Below, piece after piece: positions 1 to 7,203 of a DNA stretch of 64,000 nt. Each line of letters begins with the position of its first letter. Position 1 is the stretch's first letter. Made by a program: the position numbers and the translations under genes. The notes beneath the pieces were generated by a model. The model made no database searches, was not told the DNA's origin, and worked only from the letters and a program-made list of their open reading frames with translations. This DNA is from a virus. Taxonomy: Duplodnaviria; Caudoviricetes. The stretch is from the IMG/VR virus record IMGVR_UViG_3300027797_000026, positions 3,381 through 67,380 of that record, one strand, 5' to 3'.

Positions 1-90
1 ATCAAGTTCTAACTTAGCAAGTGATTGCTCTAGTGCCTTGATGATTTTAGGTGTTGCGATTTTTACTGAGATTGCTTTTCCTCTAGCCAT
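1..90 (-). CDS. hypothetical early protein, 5' part only (MARGKAISVKIATPKIIKALEQ...)
   Basis: ATG at 90 after AACGAAAGAGGA RBS and conserved promoter at 124-145; runs off window. Confidence 0.7.
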   Translation of the reverse strand, partial: MARGKAISVKIATPKIIKALEQSLAKLELD

Positions 91-123
91 TTGTTTCCTC
101 TTTCGTTGGTTGGTTGGTTGATT

Positions 124-145
124 AGTATAGCAGTTGCTACTGACA
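124..145 (-). promoter_or_regulatory. conserved early promoter copy 1 (TGTCAG-N10-TATACT)
   Basis: same motif and spacing as six other copies. Confidence 0.75.
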
Positions 146-253
146 TTTTCCCCGAAGGGAGAGAGTTCTTACTTACGACATTGGACTAGAACACTCTCTG
201 AAACTGTCCCTGTTTCGTGGCTTAGCACCCGATTAGTGGTGTGTGCCTCCGTC

Positions 254-436
254 TTATGCGCCTGTTAGGGCTGAGTCGCTAACTGTTGTCCAACGAGTTT
301 CCTTTGTTGGCATTTCTAGTAGCACTCGCACCGAGCCAGATGCGTTAGGAATAATCTCTTTGATTACTCCTGTCTTTTTTGACTTTAGGGTGGTGAATAA
401 ATCGCCAACCTTGTATGTGTATCCATTTACTGTCAT
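254..436 (-). CDS. small hypothetical protein (SH3-like beta-barrel pattern)
   Basis: ORF with GAAAGGAAG RBS downstream of promoter copy 2. Confidence 0.7.
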   Translation of the reverse strand: MTVNGYTYKVGDLFTTLKSKKTGVIKEIIPNASGSVRVLLEMPTKETRWTTVSDSALTGA

Positions 437-462
437 TTTGCTTCCTTTCTGTTTAGGGTCTT

Positions 463-538
463 ATTGTAGCATTGGGGTGTGACATTCGTCTAGCCCTATC
501 TCACCATGTGAGAATGTTATTGTGTGACCTTAGTCACT
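463..538 (-). promoter_or_regulatory. early promoter copy 2 (TGTCAC-N10-TACAAT, 463-484) with CRP-like box TGTGA-CCTTAG-TCACT (523-538)
   Basis: direct motif match. Confidence 0.7.
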
Positions 539-799
539 TTCAGGTAGCCAAAACTCTAGGTGGTGTTGTTCGATAATAGCGGAGGCGGGTGCAAATTTTT
601 CTCCACGATACGACACGCCTTCAGGCATTGCGATTAGTTTATTATAATCCTCATCATAGTATGCATCAATAGCATCAATGCAAGGTTGTACCATAGATAG
701 CGGAACGGGTGGATAGTGATTACCCTGTAAGTGATAACCTAATTGTGTTTCCAAATCTAACACGCTATCTTGAATACCTAGTGCAGTTACGCTTCCCAT
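530..799 (-). CDS. hypothetical protein
   Basis: ORF coupled to upstream ORF (TAATG overlap). Confidence 0.75.
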   Translation of the reverse strand: MGSVTALGIQDSVLDLETQLGYHLQGNHYPPVPLSMVQPCIDAIDAYYDEDYNKLIAMPEGVSYRGEKFAPASAIIEQHHLEFWLPESD

Positions 800-1002
800 T
801 AGTTAGCAACCTTTAGAATAGCGTATGAGCCATTTTCGTTAATCTCATCAAGAATTGGTTGCAAGCGAGAGCCTACCAATTCCTTTAGCATGCCTTCAAG
901 CATTGTAATACGCATTGACTCATCAAGTGCCATTACCTGTGCAGTTATAGGGTGACCTTCCTTAAACTCTGTTACGAATTTTAGGTTATGTTCTACTATC
1001 AT
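799..1002 (-). CDS. hypothetical protein
   Basis: ORF with AACGAAAGG RBS after promoter copy 3. Confidence 0.75.
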   Translation of the reverse strand: MIVEHNLKFVTEFKEGHPITAQVMALDESMRITMLEGMLKELVGSRLQPILDEINENGSYAILKVAN

Positions 1003-1032
1003 TTTATTGCCTTTCGTTTGTTGGATAAGAGT

Positions 1033-1190
1033 ATTTTAGCATAACCCACTGACATTACCTAATCTATTACCGCATAAGTCTTGTGATAAACCTCACAAAA
1101 TTCCAGGGTGATTTTGATCACACCCGTAACGACACGCCCGACCCCGCAGCTATGTGCGGGATTTTGGCAACTTGTCAAGTCGAAACGCTT
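1033..1190 (-). promoter_or_regulatory. early promoter copy 3 (1033-1054), CRP-like boxes (1082-1097 perfect, 1107-1122) and GACAC/hairpin element
   Basis: direct motif match; 1081-1190 is a diverged copy of 2461-2572. Confidence 0.7.
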
Positions 1191-1289
1191 TTATAGATTA
1201 GAAAAAATATAATAAACAAGAGCAAAAGGCAAAATAGCCAGGGCAATAGTAATCACTCCACCAATTAAACCAATTAGATCATAGATCAT
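1191..1289 (-). CDS. 32-aa membrane peptide (MIYDLIGLIGGVITIALAILPFALVYYIFSNL)
   Basis: hand translation; AAAGGG RBS; one hydrophobic helix. Confidence 0.55.
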   Translation of the reverse strand: MIYDLIGLIGGVITIALAILPFALVYYIFSNL

Positions 1290-1410
1290 TTTTCCCTTTG
1301 TGTTTTATTTTACGTGTGTATTTTTTTTTATTGCGAACAGGTTGCGCCGCATTGCTACGGCGCAATTCCTGAATGCGTTTAACTTTATCTCGAAGAGAGG
1401 TTTGGAACAC
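1279..1410 (-). CDS. small basic protein ending NKKKYTRKIKHK (ArfA-like basic motif)
   Basis: hand translation; GTG start; overlaps both neighbours. Confidence 0.55.
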   Translation of the reverse strand: MFQTSLRDKVKRIQELRRSNAAQPVRNKKKYTRKIKHKGKNDL

Positions 1411-1576
1411 TGTAGCCACACGCCTCATGAAATTTATTCACGTTAAAGTTTGGATTTTCTTTTGCGAACATTAACGCAAAATCATTAACCATTTTAGAAA
1501 AAACAGCGGGATGAGTTTTATCGCTGGCAAACTTTAGAATTTCTGCAGTTGCCTCGAAGTGCTTTCGTGTCATCAT
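1385..1576 (-). CDS. hypothetical protein (MTRKHF...FAKENPNFNVNKF)
   Basis: ORF in tightly packed operon. Confidence 0.75.
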   Translation of the reverse strand: MMTRKHFEATAEILKFASDKTHPAVFSKMVNDFALMFAKENPNFNVNKFHEACGYSVPNLSSR

Positions 1577-1776
1577 TTTACGGATACCATTCCTGTTCTA
1601 TAAAATACCTTTGTGTAGCATTTTCCGCTAGGTGTGTAAAGATTTACAGTTGAGTATTCATCAGCAAATCCCCAGTCAATGAATTTAGCAAACTCGGTGT
1701 GTGCTTCTAATTCATCTGAGTATTCTTTTATAAAGTGTAGCGGTTCGCTATCATTAGCAACAGTTATTTTATACAT
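1573..1776 (-). CDS. hypothetical protein
   Basis: ORF, overlapping neighbours. Confidence 0.7.
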   Translation of the reverse strand: MYKITVANDSEPLHFIKEYSDELEAHTEFAKFIDWGFADEYSTVNLYTPSGKCYTKVFYRTGMVSVK

Positions 1777-2040
1777 TATCGCCTTCCCATTCTAGCGTTA
1801 CACATTCGCATTTTGTGATTTCAATTGTGTTTCCAAATTGTGAAACAGTTGCGAGAGTATCGCAATTATCACAAATAAAAACTCCTTCAAGTACATCAAA
1901 TAGATTTCCCATTTATTCAAACGCTCCTTCGTTTAGTAATCCAATTTCAATGTTAAACAATTCATCTGGTGTTGCTTCGGCTAAATCAACCCAAGAAACG
2001 CCTTCCTCATTTATTCTTGCGAATTCAATGTATCCCATTA

Positions 2041-2241
2041 TTATTCACCAACCTTTACCGCTAAAGTGCGGTGAGCATAACCGCCGTTAGAATTGCGAAC
2101 CTCTACGAGATAACTTTCGCAATCTTGATACCAAACCGCTTTAGGGTGTATCTCCGCTGAGATAATTTCTCCAGTAAGAGATTTAGAGCGATACATTTTT
2201 CCGATTAGTAAATCGGGAATTGAATAGACATTTGCTGACAT
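2041..2241 (-). CDS. hypothetical protein
   Basis: ORF with AACGAAAGAAGG RBS after promoter copy 4. Confidence 0.7.
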   Translation of the reverse strand: MSANVYSIPDLLIGKMYRSKSLTGEIISAEIHPKAVWYQDCESYLVEVRNSNGGYAHRTLAVKVGE

Positions 2242-2357
2242 TATTTGCCTTCTTTCGTTGTTGGAATTGTAATTGTAGCAGATAGGGCTGACAAGGCTTC
2301 TGCCTTGCTTGCTTGGCGGGTGGCGTTTACATACGCCTTGAATTCATCTAGGTTCAT
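2241..2357 (-). CDS. small hypothetical protein (MNLDEFKAYV...), overlaps promoter copy 4 (2272-2293)
   Basis: start moved to 2357, after AACGAAAGAAGG RBS and promoter copy 5. Confidence 0.55.
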   Translation of the reverse strand: MNLDEFKAYVNATRQASKAEALSALSATITIPTTKEGK

Positions 2358-2391
2358 GAATTGACCTTCTTTCGTTGTTGTTATAGTAGAC

Positions 2392-2595
2392 ATTATACAC
2401 GAAAACACTGACAAAAAATAATTACTAGCCAGTAAGTCCATGATGTGAGACGCTCAACGTATGTGATTAATCTCACAAAATTCGGGGGATTTTATAACGT
2501 CTTCATAACGACACGCCCGACCCCGCACCAGTGTGGGGGTGGCGCCCTGAATTGTCAAGGCGACACGCCGTTTATTCTATGTGACCTTCCTCACG
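2392..2595 (-). promoter_or_regulatory. early promoter copy 5 (2392-2413), perfect CRP-like box 2462-2477, GACAC/hairpin element, near-box 2580-2595
   Basis: direct motif match. Confidence 0.7.
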
Positions 2596-2769
2596 CATGT
2601 AGTCCTCATGCTCTACTAGCCCAATCGCAAACGCTACGGGATCGCAACATTCTAGAATTTCGGCGGGGGTGAATGTAGAGTAGCCGATTTTTACTGTAGG
2701 ATAAACATCATTAAGTAAATCTATAAAGCTTTCTTTTATTTCTAAGTCTTGCTCGAATTGTGATTTCAT
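2572..2769 (-). CDS. hypothetical protein
   Basis: ORF track; acidic small protein. Confidence 0.7.
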   Translation of the reverse strand: MKSQFEQDLEIKESFIDLLNDVYPTVKIGYSTFTPAEILECCDPVAFAIGLVEHEDYMREEGHIE

Positions 2770-2878
2770 TTAGTTAATTCTCTCATCTCTTCTAGAAAGT
2801 CATGCCATACAATGCGCCCCATGTAGAGGGCGGGTACTATAAGGGCTAATTGCACTAGGGTAGTTAGTAGTCTATTCA

Positions 2879-3073
2879 TTAGTTAGCCCATAAATCATTA
2901 GTAGCGTTATCTAGTGAGTAATTCTCTACTACTTTTTTATTGCGTATGCGCTTATAAATCTTATAAGCGATTATAGATAAGGCGGTCAAGATAATGAACG
3001 CCCATGATAGGGATAGATAAATAAAGTCTCCCATGTCGAACATGAAGCCGTAGTCATTTAGTTCAATAGTCAT
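2879..3073 (-). CDS. small membrane protein
   Basis: one hydrophobic segment followed by basic residues. Confidence 0.65.
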   Translation of the reverse strand: MTIELNDYGFMFDMGDFIYLSLSWAFIILTALSIIAYKIYKRIRNKKVVENYSLDNATNDLWAN

Positions 3074-3265
3074 TTATTTATCTCCGAACATGTTAAAGAC
3101 CTCGTCTAGTTGCTCATCTGTTAAGTGGTCTAGTTGGATAGCCTTAGAAAAGCCTAGTACATCATCTTCATCATTATCTAGTGCCTTATTGTATTCTTCT
3201 TCTTCATCTAGGTGAATGTATGCGTCTGATACGTCTGCCTGTATAGTGTCCCATTTAGTCATCAT
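3074..3265 (-). CDS. small acidic hypothetical protein
   Basis: ORF with GAAAGGTAG RBS. Confidence 0.7.
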   Translation of the reverse strand: MMTKWDTIQADVSDAYIHLDEEEEYNKALDNDEDDVLGFSKAIQLDHLTDEQLDEVFNMFGDK

Positions 3266-3452
3266 TAGTTCTGTTCTACCTTTCGTAGGTGTGCTACAAC
3301 ATTTTTAGAAATTGACTGTAAATCTTTTACTGTCTTATTCATTTCGTCTGCGCTAGTTGCGGTAAAGAAACCGAGAAACTGTGCGCTGTCCCATAGTGAG
3401 TATGTGATTGTCATTTTATTTTTTCTTCTTTCGTTAGTTGGTTATAGTTGGA

Positions 3453-3528
3453 ATTATAGCGGATAGGTCGGACATTATCAAGGCGACACGCCGTAGCGTA
3501 TGCCCTATGCGGTGTGAGTTGGCTCACA
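3453..3528 (-). promoter_or_regulatory. early promoter copy 6 (TTGATA-17-TATAAT with TGTCCG in spacer) and perfect CRP-like box 3513-3528
   Basis: direct motif match. Confidence 0.75.
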
Positions 3529-3641
3529 TCTCGCATGGTATAGGGCGGGGGCTAAAACTACCTGCCCGCATGGACAGAGGTTCATTAGACCTCTAGGGTA
3601 GTTATTTACAGTAGCGAAAGGCTCGAAAATTCGATTAGTCA

Positions 3642-3812
3642 TTACTTAACCTCCTTACAGATACACTCGATACAGTAGCAAGCCTTGCTACTAAGTAGGT
3701 CACGCAATAGAGCCTTGCGTGTGTAGGCGTTTAATCCATAAGAGGACTTTACTCCACCATTGTGGAAATCATGCACGATTGTGCTATAGATTGTTTCTGT
3801 TAATTGAGTCAT
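3642..3812 (-). CDS. hypothetical protein with C-terminal CxCxxC (MTQLTETIY...)
   Basis: start moved to ATG after GAAAGGAG RBS. Confidence 0.6.
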   Translation of the reverse strand: MTQLTETIYSTIVHDFHNGGVKSSYGLNAYTRKALLRDLLSSKACYCIECICKEVK

Positions 3813-3859
3813 TATCTGACTCCTTTCTAGTAAGAGTTTCTTACTTTCTTTATACTTTA

Positions 3860-3934
3860 AGCATAACACGGGGCACTGACAAATAGAGGCATTACTGGCT
3901 AGTATTAAAATAAATCTTTGTGATAGTCGTCACA
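3860..3934 (-). promoter_or_regulatory. early promoter copy 7 (3860-3881) and perfect CRP-like box 3919-3934
   Basis: direct motif match. Confidence 0.7.
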
Positions 3935-4081
3935 TTCACGCTCAAGGTCATTTATCTATGTGCGGACTATGCAGACAAAACGGACATTTCAAATACGTGT
4001 ATCATACATATTAAAAATTTATTAACATTTTGTAAGATCTCAAATAGCAGTTGACTAAAATACAGATGATATAATTAATAC

Positions 4082-4699
4082 ATGACAACAAAAACAGTTA
4101 TAATAAATTCTCCACCTGGAAGCGGGAATACCTATTTAACTTATTTATTAAAAAAAGTTATTGAATGTGATGAAGTAACCGTAAACCATGATCTAGAGAT
4201 ATTAAATAGTGATCTAAAACAAGTTGCTTTAATTAGAAATCCTTATGAATCAATTGCGTCTGCAGCAAGTAGGCATTTTTTTGCAAACGAATATCCAATA
4301 CCAGAAGAAGACAAGTGGAACATTGAAGATACTAAAATCATTCAAGTATCAATAAACGACTATATGCATAGAAGTAGGTTGTTTTTTGAATCTATTCAAA
4401 AAAAATCTGATCATATTAAACTTATTGCATTTGATGATTTTAAAAATAATGAATTAAAATATGCAGAAGAGATTGCAAAATTTTATAATTTTGAATTTAA
4501 AGATCCTGATTACGATATTAATGAGTTTATTTACAAAGAGGCAACTGATTTTGGAGTTGGCTCTAGACTCTCAAATACAAAAAGTAAAGAAAGAGAAATT
4601 TTAGATGAAATGGTAAGGTCTTATAATAAAATTGAAGAAGTATATGAGACCTATTTGGCTATAAAAGATAGTATTCAGTCAACTAGAAATATGCTATAA
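4082..4699 (+). CDS. sulfotransferase-like (P-loop) protein
   Basis: SPPGSGNT and IRNPYESIAS resemble 5'-PSB and 3'-PB PAPS-binding motifs; leaderless start after TGATATAAT. Confidence 0.55.
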   Translation: MTTKTVIINSPPGSGNTYLTYLLKKVIECDEVTVNHDLEILNSDLKQVALIRNPYESIASAASRHFFANEYPIPEEDKWNIEDTKIIQVSINDYMHRSRLFFESIQKKSDHIKLIAFDDFKNNELKYAEEIAKFYNFEFKDPDYDINEFIYKEATDFGVGSRLSNTKSKEREILDEMVRSYNKIEEVYETYLAIKDSIQSTRNML

Positions 4700-4706
4700 T
4701 AATATT

Positions 4707-4823
4707 ATGAAATGTGACTTTTGCGAAAACCCAAAGTATGTTGAGCGTATTAATGCTAAAGGCATACTCGAAAATTTTTGCACAAACTGCATTGAAAAAT
4801 TAGTAGCAAGCCGAATACGCTAG
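4707..4823 (+). CDS. 38-aa Zn-finger peptide (CDFC...CTNC)
   Basis: hand translation; leaderless after TGCTATAAT. Confidence 0.55.
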   Translation: MKCDFCENPKYVERINAKGILENFCTNCIEKLVASRIR

Positions 4824-4829
4824 TCCCTA

Positions 4830-4904
4830 GGGGATATAGCTTAATCTGGTTAAAGCACTTGTCTTATATACAATAGATTCTGGGTTCAAATCCCAGTATC
4901 CCTA
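4830..4904 (+). tRNA. tRNA-Ile (anticodon UAU)
   Basis: acceptor GGGGATA/TATCCCT, D-loop TGG, anticodon loop CT-TAT-AT (4865-4867), T arm CTGGG-TTCAAAT-CCCAG; no encoded CCA. Confidence 0.85.
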
Positions 4905-4918
4905 CAATGGAGAAATAT

Positions 4919-5584
4919 ATGAAAAATGTTTATATGCTAAGTGATTGTCACTTATCTAGAGCCATAGAGCATTATTATCCAGAGCTACACGATGTAACAT
5001 TTATTCCTTGGCCTAAAGCTGGACTAAAGATGCATGCATTTAGTATTGAAAAAATGCGGGAAGAAAACGAAATGTCATCTGGAGTTGAATTTACAAGAAC
5101 TGTCAATCATTTGCCACAACCAATATCAATTGTTAAAGATGATGGCATATTAGCCTTATGGATGGGATATGTAGACACTAGAACATTCTTGCCTAGGTAT
5201 AAAAATGCAGATGCTACAGTAAAAGCTTTTATCGACAATATTAAATTAAACTTTCCTAATTCTCGTGTTGTGATTATAGAGCCATTGCCTCAGTTTACTG
5301 AGATGCTGCTAAAGCATGAAGGGATTAGTCCTTACTACACACATGAGCAGAGGATAGATCAGAATAGAGAGCTATTGGCTGCATTACACAAGTATGCAAG
5401 TGAAGCGGGATTCGAAATAATTATTACTCAGCAAGATATATTAGATGCAATAGAAGTTCCTGAGCTAATTCCATCTATGACTCATACAGATGCTCCACAT
5501 CCAGTAGATGGATTAAAACCTGAGTATATGAAAAAAGTCTGGAAATTATTTTCAGATAAACTTAGTATTATTGCAGTTGACTAG
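4919..5584 (+). CDS. SGNH/GDSL-hydrolase-like protein, degenerate catalytic motifs
   Basis: LSDCH (GDSH-like), MGYVD, DGLKP (DGLHP-like) blocks; GGAGA RBS before 4919. Confidence 0.5.
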   Translation: MKNVYMLSDCHLSRAIEHYYPELHDVTFIPWPKAGLKMHAFSIEKMREENEMSSGVEFTRTVNHLPQPISIVKDDGILALWMGYVDTRTFLPRYKNADATVKAFIDNIKLNFPNSRVVIIEPLPQFTEMLLKHEGISPYYTHEQRIDQNRELLAALHKYASEAGFEIIITQQDILDAIEVPELIPSMTHTDAPHPVDGLKPEYMKKVWKLFSDKLSIIAVD

Positions 5585-5591
5585 GATATAT

Positions 5592-5882
5592 ATGACTTGG
5601 ATACAGGTAGCAATTATACTTTCATCAATAGTACTTTTCTTACTAGTATTTTGGGGTGATAGAAAATGAAAAAGATTTACGCAGGGATATTTCTAATTGC
5701 GACAGCAATCCTTACAGGAGCTATGTTGTCTTCATTTTTAAAATGGGCGGGGGACAAAGAGATCTTTGATCTTGATGACGAATATGACCTATAAGAAGTG
5801 GAAAGTATATATCTATCTAATTAGATTCTCTATGACTCTTATCAGTCTATATATCGTCCTACTTGCTACTGGGAAAATTTAG
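5592..5882 (+). CDS. three overlapping tiny membrane peptides (5592-5669, 5666-5794, 5784-5882)
   Basis: hand translation; each has one hydrophobic helix; overlapping start/stop. Confidence 0.5.
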
Positions 5883-5993
5883 AATAATTACGTAAAGGCC
5901 TTTTTTGGCCCCCTCCCGTCCTTGGGTAGGCAAAGAGTCCAGAAATGGCTTAGAGAGCCTCTAGAGGCTTTATAAAGGGTATTTCAGATAATA

Positions 5994-6009
5994 TGTTCCA
6001 CGTGAAACC
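5994..6009. promoter_or_regulatory. parS: parS-like site TGTTCCACGTGAAACC
   Basis: one mismatch to bacterial parS consensus TGTTNCACGTGAAACA; intergenic between convergent genes. Confidence 0.65.
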
Positions 6010-6071
6010 ATATATTACAGTTGACTGGAATGTTCTTCTCTCGCGGCGCACTTTTTCGCACTATATAGCGA

Positions 6072-6920
6072 TTAGTGTTCTTTAAAATCACCCATAAATG
6101 CATCAGAAAGTTTTTCTCCTTCTAATCCAGAGGCCTGATACTTTTTAATCAGCTCTCTTGTAAATTGTGGGTTTTCTTTTAGGGGTTGCATCCACTTACC
6201 AATAAATTGCATAAATGTAATGTCGTCTTTATCTTTAATCTGCTCGTAATATTCTGGAGTCTTGTAGTTATAAAATGTTCCAGGGTTATCTTCTGCTTTT
6301 AGCACAAAGTTTGAGAAAGCATATCTTCTTCCAGAATCAACTGGCTTAACTCCGTGTGCATGTGTATTAAAAGCTCCGTGAATAATAAGGTCGCCTCTTT
6401 CTGGCTTTATTCTTAGCTGATCTTCTTCTTTAACTGCATCTTGTCTAATTCCGTCTTTGTCTATATTTACATAGAATATTTCTCCGCCAACAAAATCTCC
6501 AAAATAAGCAACTAAACCAAAATCAAGCTCGCAGCAAGTTTTCCATACATCAACCTGTGACAATCTGTGGCACTCGCCTTTTCCAGGTGAGTCTGAATGA
6601 GTAAACATTCCTTCGTTCATTTCTGGAGTAATAATTAATACGTTTCCTTGTGGGTGCATTACATACTCTGGGTACAAAAGCTCACTTGCCTTTTCCCAAA
6701 GCGGGTGTATAGCTTCAAGTGGTGGGCTTATTTTATTAGAGTACCAGCTTATAAGAGTGTCCATGTATTCTTGGTCGCACTTATAGTCTTTAAGTTCTTC
6801 TTCAACCGTTTTGCACTCTTCATCGGTAAAAAATCCTTTAAATATAAAAACTCCACTTTGTGTGCCGTACTCATCTAAAAAGAATGAGGCCTTGATACAA
6901 TCTTCTCTGTCATAAAACAT
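6072..6920 (-). CDS. 2OG-Fe(II) oxygenase, prolyl-4-hydroxylase-like
   Basis: HSD...GGEI...HGVKPVDSGRRY (HxD..H..R). Confidence 0.85.
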   Translation of the reverse strand: MFYDREDCIKASFFLDEYGTQSGVFIFKGFFTDEECKTVEEELKDYKCDQEYMDTLISWYSNKISPPLEAIHPLWEKASELLYPEYVMHPQGNVLIITPEMNEGMFTHSDSPGKGECHRLSQVDVWKTCCELDFGLVAYFGDFVGGEIFYVNIDKDGIRQDAVKEEDQLRIKPERGDLIIHGAFNTHAHGVKPVDSGRRYAFSNFVLKAEDNPGTFYNYKTPEYYEQIKDKDDITFMQFIGKWMQPLKENPQFTRELIKKYQASGLEGEKLSDAFMGDFKEH

Positions 6921-7069
6921 TATTTGTTAACCATCTTTCTAATAATTTTTTCCAATTTGGAATCGGGTTTTTTCTTCTTCATTGTGTGCTCAATTTTACA
7001 ATCTGTGTCACATGCGTCAACATGATTGAATTGTGGGCTAGCCATAAACTTAGCAAAGTGATGAACCAT
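6920..7069 (-). CDS. 49-aa hypothetical protein
   Basis: hand translation; TAATG coupling to oxygenase; TGATATAAT just upstream. Confidence 0.5.
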   Translation of the reverse strand: MVHHFAKFMASPQFNHVDACDTDCKIEHTMKKKKPDSKLEKIIRKMVNK

Positions 7070-7090
7070 AGTAATTATATTATATCATGC

Positions 7091-7166
7091 AAAACCCCTA
7101 CAGAGGCGGATCCGTAGGGGTTATGTGCATCTTCATGCATACGCCAGGATTGACTCAACTAGCGTA
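7091..7166 (-). ncRNA. candidate ~75-nt small RNA (three hairpins, the last an intrinsic terminator)
   Basis: TTGATT-17-TATCAT upstream; stems ACGCTAG/CTGGCGT, TGCAT/ATGCA, AACCCCTAC/GTAGGGGTT+T tail; no ORF. Confidence 0.45.
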
Positions 7167-7203
7167 ATTATATGATAGTATATTTATTATTAAAAATCAA
7201 TAC

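Noticed and set aside
100-3950. CRISPR array or integron suggested by regularly recurring motifs
   Set aside because: Repeats are short, degenerate, irregularly spaced and separated by whole genes; they fit promoter/operator architecture; no cas or integrase seen
3965-3990. Eighth early promoter copy (TGTCCG...CATAGT)
   Set aside because: Spacing is 9 rather than 10 nt, the -10 is weak and no leader/RBS follows
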